This document shows, one piece after another, positions 50,301 to 64,000 of a stretch of 64,000 bases of DNA (the first letter of the stretch is position 1; each line of letters starts with the position of its first letter). The position numbers and the translations under genes were made by a program. The stretch is from Gordius albopunctatus (taxonomy: Eukaryota): positions 18,600,001 through 18,664,000 of the forward strand of contig OZ193909.1 of the NCBI GenBank assembly GCA_964276515.1. Direction: 5' to 3'. The notes under the pieces are model-generated. The model worked only from the letters and a program-made list of their open reading frames with translations. It searched no databases and was not told the origin of the DNA.

Positions 50301-52933
50301 AATTTATTAGCCCTTTATGTTTTCATTCCTAAATATTGTTCCAGAAAATTTAAATTTGTTTTACATTTTTATCTTTTATTAGCTTTCAATATTATTATAT
50401 AAATCAGTTTGGCTCAGGTCGAACCCGGACCGGAGTATTAATAATTAATATATGGTTTACACATTCAGCTAATTGTCGTTGCCGAAATGGTATAGGGAAT
50501 ATAAAGGAAGTTCTATAATTTACGAGGAATTATATAATATTGGGGCATGAATGGTGGTGGCAGACTGATTTATAGTTTTAAATCAATGTTTTGAAGAAGT
50601 GTTCTCCAAAATTGATTTTATTATTATTAGATATAAATTTTAACCGTTTAAATTGCTGGTTTCAATTAAGAAAGTTTTAGTTGGTTAAGGGGGAACGGCG
50701 GCAAAATGTCAGTTAAGATTATTGTGTGTCGTTTGCAACCAATTTGAAGCTTATTTACAAACAAATTATTTTATTTTAGTGGGAAGGTCGCCTTGCTCCC
50801 CCCGCCCATACCAGATAGCTCATGTATTGTTTCTATTAGTTGACGTTTATAATTAATTTTTGTTTAGCGGTGTGGTTTTTTTGAAATTATTGCATGAACC
50901 CTAATGGAAACCTTAGATCGTGTTTACATGATATTTTAATAGTAGGCTCCTTTTATTTAAGAAATTGTTTAATAAAAGCTTTAAATTACCCAGTAGCATC
51001 ATAAGCAAGCAATTATATCCCAATATATATTTAAATGAACAAATATAGAGCTTAAAAGTAAATTAAAATTACGCATTTGTAGTATATACATGGATTTGGA
51101 ATGGAATAGACTTATACTTTGCCTAAATCCAACTTTATCTATTTTGTGATTTTAAGACCAAAAAGTATCATTTCTAATCTTACTTAAAGACCTCTTAATT
51201 AAAATTTATTACTATCCACAAAATAATTGTAAGCTTAAAAATCTGTTATAGATTGTTAAGCTTTAAAAGGTTTGTTTAATTGTTATTATTATTATTAGAT
51301 AATAATGTTTTATTATTTATAAAAATTTACGATGGTTTAGTCAGTAGGCAAGAAGGGGCAGCTGCCCCACACAATAGTTAACAGAATTATGGTTATATTA
51401 TAAACATCTTGCTCCCCCTTGAACTACTCAAAAAATTGTACCCCATAGATACCTTCTTTATATAAAATCCTACAAAATTTAGCCTTAAAATTAAGTTAGC
51501 TCAGTATGCGATAAGTAATATAATGGTGATTACCTAAAAACATATGTAACACCACCTTCTAAAAGTGTACAATTCAGATAAATTATTATCTCTTAGGATG
51601 TATAAGATTTTTCTTATACATTATTTATCATACGCCGAAATCTAATATGATCATAACGTATAGTAAGTAGTTAAATGGTTAAAAATTATAACCAGCATAT
51701 AATTTGTAAAACAATTATTTCTATTATGGAACTTTTACAATTGAAATATCACAATTTTTATGTTATCTTAATGTTAATGCCCTCATGCAGATCAAATATC
51801 ACTAATTAGTTCTAAAAAGGAATGCTTAATGCTTAACGAAATAACTGTTATCAAAGTGCATATCTTGCTGACAAATTAATATAAAAACTTCGCTTTTTAT
51901 CTTAATCTCTATATTCAAAATTTATCTTTTATTTACTGATAAATTTTTCATTTTGCATGCATTGTAGACCTTACTTGCTGATGAAGCTAACTTAAAATGA
52001 TAGTAGTAAAGAAACCATTAAATTACTTTACATTATAAAATATAGCATGTGAGCACAAACCTCTTTTCAAATCATTAGTTTGATTTAACTTTAATAACTA
52101 TTTCATTCGTTTTTTAATGATTATTTATGCTTAAATAGTAATCTTCGACTTGTTGTAAACCTTAATTTTTTGAACAAAGCTAAACAGTAAGTTATTTTTT
52201 CCTTATCTTTTCATTGAAATCATAGTGTAAGACTATATCTATGAAATAATAAGTTTAAGGCAGCAACATCAAAGAGATCATGTGACGGGGGGGGGGGCAA
52301 ATAATAATTCAAACCGAATTAAATTCAAATTAAATTTTTCATGGACGATGAGCATTACTTTGGTTAACACGAACAATAACATGTAGGCTCATAAATTAAA
52401 TCTATGTATTATGTGCACAAAAAATTGTGAATTTATTTCCTTACCACTTCACCTATTTTAAAGGCAATGACATTTTTATTTTACATATTTCATCGGACAA
52501 TATTCTAGCCATGTAATTTTCGATCTAGGAGATTCAAAGGAGCTGAGCTTTATAATGGAAATTTCTTTCGAATTCATATAAAAGTTCAACAGGTTTCCTA
52601 AATCTTTGTCTACTTTCTGGGAAAAAGTTTAAATATCGATTTTAGGACTTACGAATAACGAGAGAGCGGATAGGAAATGTCGCTTAAATGTTGTGCGTGC
52701 TGGGTAAAAGAGACAGATTAAAGGAATATCTTTTTGATTTCTTTTGAAATCGTGGATCGAGGTGGTTTTTGTCTTTTGATTAAGCATAAAGAATAAATGA
52801 AAGCCACTTTGTATTTATATGTGTGTGTGTATTTAATTTAATTCTTTCCGTCCTCCTCGACGTGTCATGCGGTCCCATGCATTATTAAAATGAGACTCGT
52901 TGTGAGTTATAGCTAAAACAAGGGCTAATTTAG

Positions 52934-52990
52934 GTGAGACATAGAGACAGAGAGAGAGAGAGAGAAAAGAAAGGAATAGGGAAAGAAACC
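52934..52990. repeat. (GA)n microsatellite / purine tract
   Basis: gagacagagagagagagagagaaaagaaagg. Confidence 0.7.
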
Positions 52991-53650
52991 CAATTGATTT
53001 ATGGTTCCCATTAATAATGGAAAAAGTAATGATAGCATAGAGATTGATAAGGTACCGATTGAGTTATTAGTTGCTTATTGTGAAATCCTTTTTCCTTTTA
53101 CCTTTCCCACTGACAGAATGGAAAATGAGGAAAAACGCCTTTAAGCTTATAGCTAATATAACTGGACAGATTTATTAATCGAATTAAAGACCTTTATTTA
53201 TTACATTATTCCTGTGAGAACATTAGGCCCCTCGTACTAAGTTCCCGATTTAAAATCCAATAAAATTTTTATACCTTTGGGACAAATGCGACATAAATAA
53301 ATTATACAAATAATTTAAACAGGATGTGAGACATGCCTTAAGAATTATAAACAGACTTAACACTATTAAAACAATTATAAAGATTAGAAATCTATATGAA
53401 ATTGATTAAAATGTAAATTCCATTACATGAGATTATCAAAAATCTATTAAAAGTTAATATACAGGAATAGTAATTTAACTATAGTCAGCCGCACCTTTTT
53501 TAAGACATAAATTTTTTTAAATATTTCATCAAAAAATAGTATATATATATATATATAACTGCTAATGTTATCGCTATAATAATTTTTAATTAACTGTTGC
53601 CGAAGTGAAGATGAGTTTTAACCTTTAAATTTTTGGTTGGTGCACAAAAG

Positions 53651-53815
53651 TATGGGCGTAGCCAGGGGGCAGAAAGAGGCGGCTGCCCCCCTCTAAATCC
53701 AAAAATTTGTTGAAATTTATTATAATGATGGCTAAAATTTAAAAAAAATGTTCATTTTGCCCCTACCTAAATTATTATTGTCCCCCCTCTAATTCAAACG
53801 CTGGCTACGCCCATG
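53651..53815. mobile_element. MITE family A, best-preserved copy
   Basis: 14-bp perfect TIR atgggcgtagccag / ctggctacgcccat. Confidence 0.85.
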
Positions 53816-56800
53816 AAAACAGAGTCATCAGACTCATTTCTTAAAAGCATTCTTTTTGAACAAATAAATAACATTCTCTAAAAATATTGTAATTATATAT
53901 ACTTTTATAATAGGTAGTTATTTTTGTCAGCAATCATTTACTATTAATGTCATTGTCACAAGCAAAAAAGAAATCATTTGTATTATATTTTTATTATAAA
54001 TTTGTCAAAGTGTTAATTGTACTTAACAAATAACAGAAGATGTAAAATTTTGCTAAGTTTTGACAGACTTAAAAGAAATTTTTAAATGTATGATTCACAA
54101 ATAATTATATTTTTAATATCGGAGGGCAGGAGCCAAGTCAGGGTAAGGGAGGGAGTGGCGGTTGCCCCCTCTCCAAACCCTAATGTTTCTTAATATTTAA
54201 TGTAATTTGGTTGAATTTCAAAAAAATAATTATTTTAACCTTCACTAAATCATTATTGCCCCCCCCCTCTCCAATTCCAAACTTGGCTAAGTTCATTGTA
54301 AAGGAATCTAATGTTAGCATTACCCATGTTTGTATAACATTGGAATTGTATATACCTTTAGCTCGGTGCGTAAATGATGATTTGTATTCAAAACTAAATA
54401 GGCTTTGAGGAAGATAATCAATTAAGATAACATTTATCGACGACTTACTCAATCGGAAACTTTAAGGGGTGGGAGGGCTTAAAATCCTTAACGCTTATTC
54501 GCCACTGTTTTGCTTTCTAAATATGCCTTATCTTATAACCTATGGTTTTAACTTCAGGTAAACTTATAGCTATGCAGTCATGAAATCTAAGTAAGTAAGA
54601 TACTTAATAAAATATTTAAATTATTTTACTTGTTATCAGATAGACGTTGTGGTTATAATATAACACAAATCCCTAATAAATTTTGTTAATCAAATCAATA
54701 TTGATTGCTAAATATTTATATATTGAATGTATTACATATAAATTATTGAATTATGATTAGGCTCTACTCTGGCTAAACTAAACGTCTGCATTATAAAAAT
54801 TATTTTAAAAAATATATTTGATATATATTCTCAATTTTGTCTATATTACTGACATTTACAAAGGTTATATATTAAAAATTCAATTAATTTATGCCTAATC
54901 AATATTAATATGTCATTGTTTGCGATGTATTATATGAGAAATAAATTATTCATGAAAGTTCTTTTGAATAATTAATTAAGAATATTTTGTTAATAGTAAT
55001 GTCTATGTAAGTTGTTTGAGACAAAACTAATTATTATTAGATAGTATTAAACAACACAGCTATGACAAGTTTCGCTTCTTTGTTATCTAATTATTATTAT
55101 AAATTCTGAGTGCATATATATTTCTGCCAATCTCTGGGGAGTTGATAACTTATTTATTACACGGTTGACATCTATATTTTGTCGAAGAGCAACTTGTAGC
55201 AAGATTTTAATTATACAAACCGTTACATAAATATATGTATTATTAAAACATAGAGTTCATATCTTTAATAAAAAATGCACAAGCCTAGTCTATGGTTTAA
55301 AATAAAACTGTTTATAAAGTCGATACTTGTAAATTAATGTACGCCAAGAGTGTCAGCCAATATTCAAGGCTAAATTAAAGACCCTCTTATTCAACGAAAC
55401 ACAAAGGTGTAAATAACTGTTTGATTACTCAAGTGGTTCGAATTATGGCTAGCACTGTCTGAGGTTGACCGCTGATAAACAAACAACATTGTTTAAAGGA
55501 AGCATACATGGGTTTATACAGGGGTAAGCAGGGTAGCTGGTCACCTTCCTTAAGTTAAATCTTATTTATATTGTAGATGTTTAAGTTTCTACTTTATTAC
55601 TAAATGTATAACCAAAAGATAGAATGATTCTTTATCGCTAAGAATTAGTTTATATACAATTGTATAGAGGTTAATATGATTAACATTGTTAAATCGTAAG
55701 GTTTTAAAATATCTAAACTTCAATGTCTGTTGTGTATTCATATTATAATGAGGGGTGTGAATAGAGTGATATCCAAATCATAAAGGTACCAATATTCTAA
55801 TAAGGTAATACTATAAGATTTTAGTTAAAATGTTTATATGTGCGAAAACAAAGTCACATATATATGCACAAAACAGAATAGACATATTGATCAAATACAA
55901 AGATCTAAATTATTATTGTCTAAATTAGGCCCATTTGACAAAAAATTTAAAGTTGTATCCTACAATTAGAATGCTACGTTGTTGCCTGAGTAAAAAAGAC
56001 GTGGAAAATTTACGTTTGGAGAAAGTTTTTTAATTTCTTAAGGAAAATCATGGCTTGTTTACCGAAGGAATCAGAGCATGAGGCAACAACAGAGATAAAA
56101 ATAGTGGCAACAATAAATAATTTTGATATAAAAAGGATACAATTAAAATTCCATTCTATATATAGAATATTTTGTCAGGGGATTAGAGATATAAGCCACC
56201 AGGGCGCTTCCTTACTTTAAGAGAAGGATCCGATGGCTCAAGGTTTGAAGGCATTTTGTCTTTTTAAAGGCAACTTGAAATAATAAATTAGCTTTGTTGG
56301 TCCAACATAGTTAAATTTATTTACAAGGTGTAGAGAGTGCCTGGAATATTCATATATTAATATGGTAAGACAATTCCGACAACAAAATGCTTTGGTATAA
56401 CTAATTCCCAACCTTAAAACTATGAAAGCTCAATGTGTCAAGCAGCATTCCCAAAAGTTTTCTGGAATAGGCTTCAAGCCTTATGCGACCGGAACCATCA
56501 AAAGAGAGGGACCTAAGCTTCTAATGCTGGCTATCATCGATCGCTGCTCGATAAGGTTATCAACAGATTGTGATACTATACTAGAGACCTAATCCTTTTG
56601 TCTGGAAATTTGAGGTTTAATGGTGCTGGGTGTGACATTCAAATCTCAAAGCGTCATGGCTTGAATAAAATATATAAAATTTGCCCATATGTAATATAAT
56701 TATTATGATAAATATACTAAGTTGTTTCAACCTTTTAAGAACGATATTATGGGTGTTCAGTGCAAAAATTATTTTAAAACTGTAATGTTAGTATAAAACT

Positions 56801-56879
56801 TTATGCCAAATATCCCATCACTATTTAATTAAGTTATAATGGTGTTAAAAATTTTTAATTGTTAAGGACTTTGAAAGAA

Positions 56880-57608
56880 AAGCTCTTGCTAAAAGACGAA
56901 ACGTTTATGGATCGCGAATTCGAATAAAATGGTTTTAAGGGTAGAGGAATGCAAAGAGAGCCGCGAAAAAGGTCGTTGATATAGCGAAGAGCGCTGCCTA
57001 CACCGACATATCAAACGAACTAGATCCTAAGGGGGCGATTAATTGTCAAGATAAGGGAGAAGGAAAGTCGGTTCGGAGTCCTAAATTATCAAAAATGGGA
57101 AGGGTTAAACCTTATTCAAACCGAATGAAGCGTTGGAAATCTGGAAAGAATAAGGAACTGATGAATATTGAAAATAACAAAGTTCCCATCCCGATATCAA
57201 GCCAAAGGTAAGTATGGTCGAAGTCTTTCAGACGGATGAAGTTAAGGAACAAATGAACAAGATGCAAGAAGGAAAAACTAAAGGCCCAGATTGTTCGGAT
57301 GTCGTGAAGGGAGAGTCACCACCACGACGAACTTCCTTAACAATATAGTGTAGAAGAGACAATATCTAATTAATGGAAAGCAAACACGATTACCCATATT
57401 CAAAGGCAAAGGAGAACCTTAGGAGTGTGGCAATTACAGAGTATTGATATAACTTGCCAAGGATCTTAGTAATAAGGCTGAAAAACGGGGTGTAGATATC
57501 GGCTAACCAATTCGAATTAGTAGCCGGCAAATCCACAATCGACCCAATCTTTGCATTAAGACAAATGATGGATAAAGATGAGAAAAAGAGAAGAGACCAA
57601 CATATGGA
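56880..57608 (+). mobile_element. RTE LINE internal fragment
   Basis: Colinear with 12060-12850 (gtatggtcgaa, gaacaaatgaacaa, ccggcaaatccacaatcgaccca). Confidence 0.8.
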
Positions 57609-57903
57609 TAGCAAACGAGACGAGAATTTGAAAAACTGACCCTAGATCGAGATGAAATACGAGAATTTTTCGGCGAGATATTGACTTTTTATTGATCATT
57701 ATATTTTAGTAAAATATTGTCTATTTTAATTTGCATGATTTACATTTAAGGTATTTAATATAAATTAATATGTTTGAAATATATTCGATATTAAAATGAC
57801 ACCTATGTATGATATACTTTTGCAAAAAGTTTAAAATTTGGCAATTACAGTTCATTTACCTCTAAGTATAGATGACTCTCTATGTGAATAATTTTATAAT
57901 ATA

Positions 57904-58112
57904 AAAATTTTTTTCCAATAGCTGTTTGTCACACTAAGGTGGTCAGCTTCTTTAGATATTTGGATAAGGGGTGATGCTCGGCTATCCAGGCCTGACAGCC
58001 GTGGTGACGATGTGATTTTTAATCTTTTTTGAAATAAGTGCCAGAGGCGGGATTGAACCTGCGAGCTCTTGTTTCAAATACTAAACCTCTACCCACTACG
58101 CCACCAGCCCCT
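57904..58112 (-). mobile_element. full-length tRNA-derived SINE
   Basis: Minus strand head ggggctggtggcgtagtgg (A box) ... ggttcaatccc (B box), ~135-nt non-tRNA body, A-rich end, 17-bp TSD aataattttataatata (57887-57903, 58113-58129). Confidence 0.85.
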
Positions 58113-58510
58113 AATAATTTTATAATATATTTATCACATATTTAAATCCTTAGCATTATTAAATGTATCAAAGTTTTAGACTTAGAATAAGGTTTGATCG
58201 AATAATAATTATTGTTAAAGAATATTTGAATTTCACATCATCCTGCATGATGCGTTAATTATAAATTGGTGGTCAATTAGTTTAAATAATTTTATACAAA
58301 GTTAAGCTAAGGTGGCTCGAGATTTTTTCAGCACCCTAGCGTCATTTGTGCCTGCCTAACGATTTTAAAAATATAATTGAGTATTCAATGACACGGTAAT
58401 AGATTAAATCATGAGTTTCCTAGAAATTTTGATGCTTCAACTAATAGTATACCTGCCAAATTTTTAAATCTTAACAAGACATTATGTGAATGAATTGTTT
58501 TTTATATCCA

Positions 58511-59142
58511 TAGAACCCTGCAAAATTAAATTTCTCCTGCCCGGCCTGAGCCCAAAAGACCTTTTTCTTTTTGGCCCGACCCGAGCCCGAGCCGATTTTT
58601 AACTAAAACTTTTGAAAATTTTTTTGAAAATTATTTCACCATCTAAATATAAAATGCATCTGATTGTTATTATTCGTAATTTAAAACTAGGATAAGCTTA
58701 AAATAAAAATACTTTTTTAGTTGTTGCAATTTATTTAGCTACTAATCTAAAACTAAAAATAGTCTTAAAAAATATACCTCATTTAATAGTTCCATAATAA
58801 AAACTTTTTGAAATATTTACTTATCTTATTTCTTAAGTTCTAACTGCTACTATGAATATTTTAAACACTAAATTATGATTTGCAATTCAGGTCAATTATA
58901 TTATAATAACAGGGGTAAAAATTTGAAGTTTGGACTTGTATTATGTACGCTGTGCGAAGATAATTTAATATCGAGTTGAGTTAATTTAAATAATATTTAA
59001 TAAAAGATTAGTTTTTATATCAATTCTAGCCGGGCTCGGGCTTCAAGGCGGGCCGCCTCATTAGGCCCCACACGAGCCCGAGGCCCGGAAATTTTATAAA
59101 ATTTTTTCCTAGGATCGGGCCGGGTGCCCGTGCATGGCTCTA
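58511..59142. mobile_element. hAT-like MITE, inverse copy of 36567-37139
   Basis: tagaaccctgca ... tgcatggctcta ends. The body aligns by eye with the reverse complement of 36567-37139. Confidence 0.8.
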
Positions 59143-60289
59143 CATATGCATTAATTTTCACATTATAAATTGGGGCAGGTGCATTCGAATTTACTATAAA
59201 CAATCTAGTTGTTGCAATTGTGCAATATATATTAAATATACACGGATTTCTACTCTACTAGAAAAATGACTATTCAATCACGTTAGAATTGAAAGGTAAT
59301 AATTTAGAATACAAATTTAATTATAATGATTTTTGTCATAAAATATAATAGGTAGATAATTTAAAGCTTAAACCATATGTTTTTGATCCTATAATAATGC
59401 TACTTTTATTGTTGTTTTTACAACATTTAATATGGGCAACTAGTTATCAATTCTATTAATAATAATATTATCATTAAAAGTAACTCGCACTTTGTGGTTT
59501 CTCACGCTATAGGAAACATGCACTAAACTCTATGGGCTATATTTGATGATAATAATATCAATGTACTAAAACGTTTACCTTAAATATGTTAAGGTCAACT
59601 TTGAGGCTTTAGCAAGGGTTATTAAAGGGTATCAATTTTTCAAAATATATAACTAAGTCAAATATAGGTGAACTTATAAATTTCTAAGTCTATTTATAAT
59701 CGACAGACAGACTGAATTTGATACAAATGTTAAAATTTGCTTAATAAGGTCTTTAATCTAACAATGCTAATCCATTTATTACATGGAAGTTTTAGCTCTA
59801 AAAAAGTAGTACTGGTTTTAAATCAAACATGAAAAATGTCAATAAACACCATCATTAAATTATAAATTAATGCGCAATTATGCTATTTTAAATATTAAAT
59901 AGAAAGCGGTCCCTTCTCACTACACTTCAAAAATATATAATTTTTTTAATTTGCACTTTTCATAGAAAATGTTATCTTAAGGAATTAGTTCATATATTTA
60001 TATTGTCAGTGAGATGTCGTGTCACGCTAAATCTTGAAAAAATTTATGTATTAGGGTTCTTCTAAAATATAAATGTTTGCCATTCGAATTTTTTAACACC
60101 TATTTAATATTTTTGATAATGCAGTGTAAATTTTTATTTCATAAATTTTTTTAAAAGTCGAGACAAGTTGAGAATTCTCGTGGACGAGGCAGAGATTTTT
60201 CTAGACCAAGAAGAGATCGAGCATTATATCTTCCGAGAAGAGATCGAAACACTACTGGCATACCTTATAAAAACGCGAATTGAAATGAA

Positions 60290-61170
60290 GAGTTTTACTC
60301 ATCTGGGCTTTCCAATAGGTGGCTAAATCGCCTTAATAGAGTTTCTGCATAGTTATTATATATCAACCCTAACCTCAAAGATAGAAATTCTCAATACCCT
60401 CCCAAAGCCTCATGTATTTTACATCATCTGTACAAGTTCTAGATGTCTCGTATGGCAACGTCTACCCAGAATTCCCTTCCCTATAACCTCATAACAAAAG
60501 GTTGGGACGCTGGCGCGCTCTGTTGATTACCTCTCATCGCTTTGCGACGCCCGCCAGCGCTTCAACCTTAAATCTTTATTTTTTGACAGATCGGGTCACA
60601 AGTGGCTACAAGCTTATCCTACACTTTCTGGATTGATAATGGAAGATCCTGAGCTTGCATATTTCATCGCCCTTAGGAATTTCATATTCAAACGAATTTT
60701 CCGGCCGCTACTGTTCATAACAAATTAAAATACATAAGACACGAAAAGGTTAATAGCCATATCCAAGCCGCTCATAACAAAGCCAATATTCCGTCCATTT
60801 TGGAGCCGTCAAACCCTTAGTTGGAAGGACAGATGCGACCAGACAACTCTATCCTACTACCCTTTAAATGGGATTTCATTTGCAAGGACATTTTTGCCCC
60901 CTGTAACCAGAACTACAACGTTTTAACCCTTGCTGAAGACCGCAAAACGGTAAAATACCAGACCCTCCAACCCTCTAATATCTTTACCCCTATCGTTAGC
61001 TGGTGCTCTGGGATTTTTGGTCCGGCAGCCTTTAAGCTTTTCAAAGAATCCAAACGTCGCTACCCGCCCTCTAAACACAAATTTTTTACTTAAACAAAAA
61101 ATTGGTATTCTCATAGCGAAGTACAATGACAGCAGGCCACTTTTAATAGATGACACATGCGACGCTTTTA
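60290..61170 (+). mobile_element. degraded CRE-like non-LTR retrotransposon fragment
   Basis: LGFPIGG (RT end), ILEP..EGQMRPD..WDF..DIFAP, AEDRKTVKY, FTPI..GIFGPAA, KQKIGI; parallels 18015-18385. Confidence 0.65.
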
Positions 61171-61929
61171 AATTTTATTTTTTATTTTGTTTTATACCCG
61201 CTCTTATATTTTTCCAATTTTAACACTTCGTTTTTATAATGTTCTTACGTCAAAACAAATAGCAAAAAAAATTATTTGGAATTAACCTCTATTAGTAAAA
61301 AAGTAAAGCTTTTGGTTAATATTTCCTAAACCCAAAGCGCTCTGTAAATGTTAATTCTAACCCTAGCCAACTCACTAAATCTTTTAACCCAAGCCGATCA
61401 GCAATCAGCTAATATCAACTCGCTATATTGACTTTAAATTCATATCCTGCCAATCGCTCATTTATCCGCTTCTTTTTAAATTCTTTTCTCTGACTTCTCC
61501 TCTCCTACAATATTGGGATTATAATATGTACCAATATAACAATTATATATCTATCGGGCGGCATTAAGTTTATTAAAATTACATAATATTGGTAATTATT
61601 ATTGGAAATTGTTGTAAGTACATAAATTTTTAGTAATGGGGTCAGATAAAAACACTCGCTTAGCTTTACAATTAATTTAGGTAAATTTAATAACATATAT
61701 ATTACACAAATTAATAGTGATTTTTATGGCGGTTTAAATGTTGAAAACGATTCAATTTTATTTTTTCTAACAACTTATATGTACGCACAGTAAAGGTATG
61801 GCAATATTTTTATATAAAATAATTCTTAGCTAATTTCCAACGGAAAAAACTTATCGCGACAATATAAACATATTTATTATATTTACAAAACATGTTATTT
61901 CGTCGTTATTTTTGCATGAAATTGCCTTT

Positions 61930-63178
61930 GTAATTAATTGCTGATTACTGTCCGTCTTTGTATGCGAAAATTGGGTATCAATGGTATTAATTTTCGGTGC
62001 TGTGAAACTCTATAGCGGTCCCGGAAAAATTCTGGTGGTACCTCGTTAATGATCGGAAGATTGCGGGTGGATAATAAGAGGCGATGGTAGGTAACGTTAT
62101 GCACGAAAGTTGCAATATGCACTGAGGGGTAATGCTGGTGCATAAAGACAGTGGGGCTAAGCCCGAGGCAAATGTGCCTCTAGAGAGCAGTGCATGACGA
62201 TGATCTGATTATAAAGTTTAGTATTGCATACGCGCATGTTGAACCCAGTTGCGAATTCATTTTCGGGGAATAATGCCCGTAATGACGTGATTGGGGCTAT
62301 GAGCCATATCACCTTTAAGTATTTCTGATAAGGTTAAATTTCCCAAATATTTTTGCTAGTTGCGCATGGCATGATTTATATATTTGGTTGGTAATGGGAA
62401 CGTCGCGCATGATTGGATGAGAGGTAATACCATCGTAGTCAGGTCCAACGTTACCGTTCATAACTCTCGAGTTGCATTTTATGCAGGATACGCCAGTGAC
62501 AAATTTTTTACACTCAGATGATGTCACCAGTACCCGTTTCGACGCCGAAGGCTAATGTATGGTATAGCAACGTCACTGATAATTTATGGTACCCCTGTGA
62601 TCGAGAGGCTAGCAGCTCTTATTATGAAGTGGTCTGCGCGACCTGGCAAAGATGTTTTTGTCTACTCCTAGCTGAAGATAGCTAGGAAAAAGAAAGCAAA
62701 ATACTGTGGTATTGCGTGAATATTCTGAACGCAACAACGCTCAGATATAAGGGATCAAGTCAGCCGCAACTATAGCAAGCTCGAGTCGTGAGAAAATTAC
62801 AGTGGCAATAAACTACAAAAGGACCATTTGAAGCCTGAGCCACATAAGATCGTGGATGACTTGTTAAACAAAAAATACTTTCAAGCCCATTTCCATTTTC
62901 CCAAGAGCTATTAAGAAAAACTACTGCTGGTCAAATACTCAGGTCCGAAGACCGGACCAAGAGAAATCCACACTCGGATCGGAGAAAGTTATCTTGAGGG
63001 TTAAGGTGTCGGGTCCGCACGCGTTTACGCTGTTCCCTTGTCTCTTACGGTATGATAAATCCCCTCACTCAACGCGTATGTTATACTTTCCTCACTATGT
63101 ACAACTGTTATTGTACGTTAATTAATTACTATCGCATTGTTGTGAGCTTGATAACTACACAGAAATCCGATGGCGACA
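61930..63178 (+). mobile_element. heavily degraded Gypsy-type pol remnant with putative 3' LTR
   Basis: SGNNARNDVIGAMSHI (RNase H end-like), SCILC (integrase Zn finger-like), PKAN-MV-QRH across a frameshift (integrase core-like). Purine-rich tract before tgtcg...cgaca at 63007-63178. Confidence 0.45.
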
Positions 63179-64000
63179 CAGATTAAAATATCAAGTAAGC
63201 GAACTTTTTATCCCCATCTATTTGGAGGAAATAATTTAGTTTTAATTTTTACTGATTTTTATTTTGCGCGATTTTTTATAATAAATTATTGTGCCCAGTA
63301 TTTAATTAAATTTTCTCTCGGTAGAAAATTAAAATGCACAGTAAAATAATCAAATGCATAGTAAAATAATTAAAGCTCAGTAGACAATCAATATTCATTA
63401 AAATAATTTTTTTACAGTAATTCGTTTGTTCAGTTATTTATTAAGAAGCTGTTTAATAAATTCTATCATTTTCGCCAAAATATGGATTCAAGCGAAATTT
63501 AAACCCATAACCTTGGTCGTAAAAGCGTACGTAGCGCGTCGATTAATAGTGCTCTTGAGAAATATTTTATTTTTTTGTTAATATATTAATAACAAAAAAC
63601 TTTTTCCCTAAAATTATACTTCCTTTTGGCGCTACTTTCAAATTTAACTTGATTAACTTGAAACCTACATTCTCAGGTTAACAGATTCTTGAACATTATG
63701 AATCTGATAGTGAAGAAGTTGTCAAGGATAAAATACCACATCAATTCAAGAGTAGAAGTACTAATATCATTTGGGAAAAAGTTGGCACATATGAAAAGGC
63801 TGAAGAAGCAAAAATATATGTTCATAATGGCTAGGGGCTATGGTTTAAAATAACACTGAAGAGTGTATAAAAGTTTATTAGAGGTATAATATTGCGACTC
63901 CTATGACTATTTTTAAGGTATATCTTTTAAATGTTTTTCTATACTTATAGAAAACATTACATCACCAAATATCAATATAAAGCTATGGATGCAGAGCTTA

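Larger units (their letters stand above)
57609..60255. mobile_element. degenerate gagacgagac-family hAT-like element carrying nested insertions
   Basis: Ends at ~57609-57690 and ~60150-60255 (…gagatcgaaacacta) resemble the ends of 17770-19223. No TSD confirmed. Confidence 0.45.

Noticed and set aside
55960..56660. GC-richer, coding-like segment
   Set aside because: No sustained open frame or diagnostic motif; probably an old TE relic.
63660..63900. Possible N-terminus of a Mutator-like transposase (WEKVGTYEKAEEAK..KVY)
   Set aside because: Disrupted, near the window edge, and no TIR or catalytic motif visible.

Overview
AT-rich animal (invertebrate-type) nuclear DNA with short GT-AG introns and many transposon relics; the organism cannot be named from sequence alone. 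Three host genes can be built by hand, all on the + strand. (1) A complete 7-exon BAP31/BCAP31-family gene (24277-26104, 236 aa, C-terminal KKSE). (2) A 2-exon, 103-aa orphan with an N-terminal hydrophobic anchor and a coiled coil (30555-31644). (3) A Frizzled-family 7TM gene with three coding exons (42550-45566, ~670 aa). It keeps a signal peptide and the KTxxxW motif but has no cysteine-rich Wnt-binding domain, and it lies downstream of a tight cluster of TCF/LEF sites with Helper-like motifs (39043-39168). The receptor plus this element is the best candidate for an undescribed system: a possibly Wnt-induced, CRD-less Frizzled. The remainder is mostly mobile DNA: hAT elements and MITEs with 8-bp TSDs, a piggyBac-type MITE, RTE and CRE-like LINE relics, several Gypsy-type LTR elements (one young, non-autonomous, with intact LTRs and TSD), a multi-layer nested insertion cluster (11.4-20.1 kb), a foldback-like element with B-box-bearing repeats, a full-length tRNA-derived SINE, and an RT-RNase H fragment with hepadnavirus-like/YR-retroelement motifs (27.6-28.8 kb). 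All calls come from reading and manual translation. No database searches were run, and boundaries of degraded elements are approximate.
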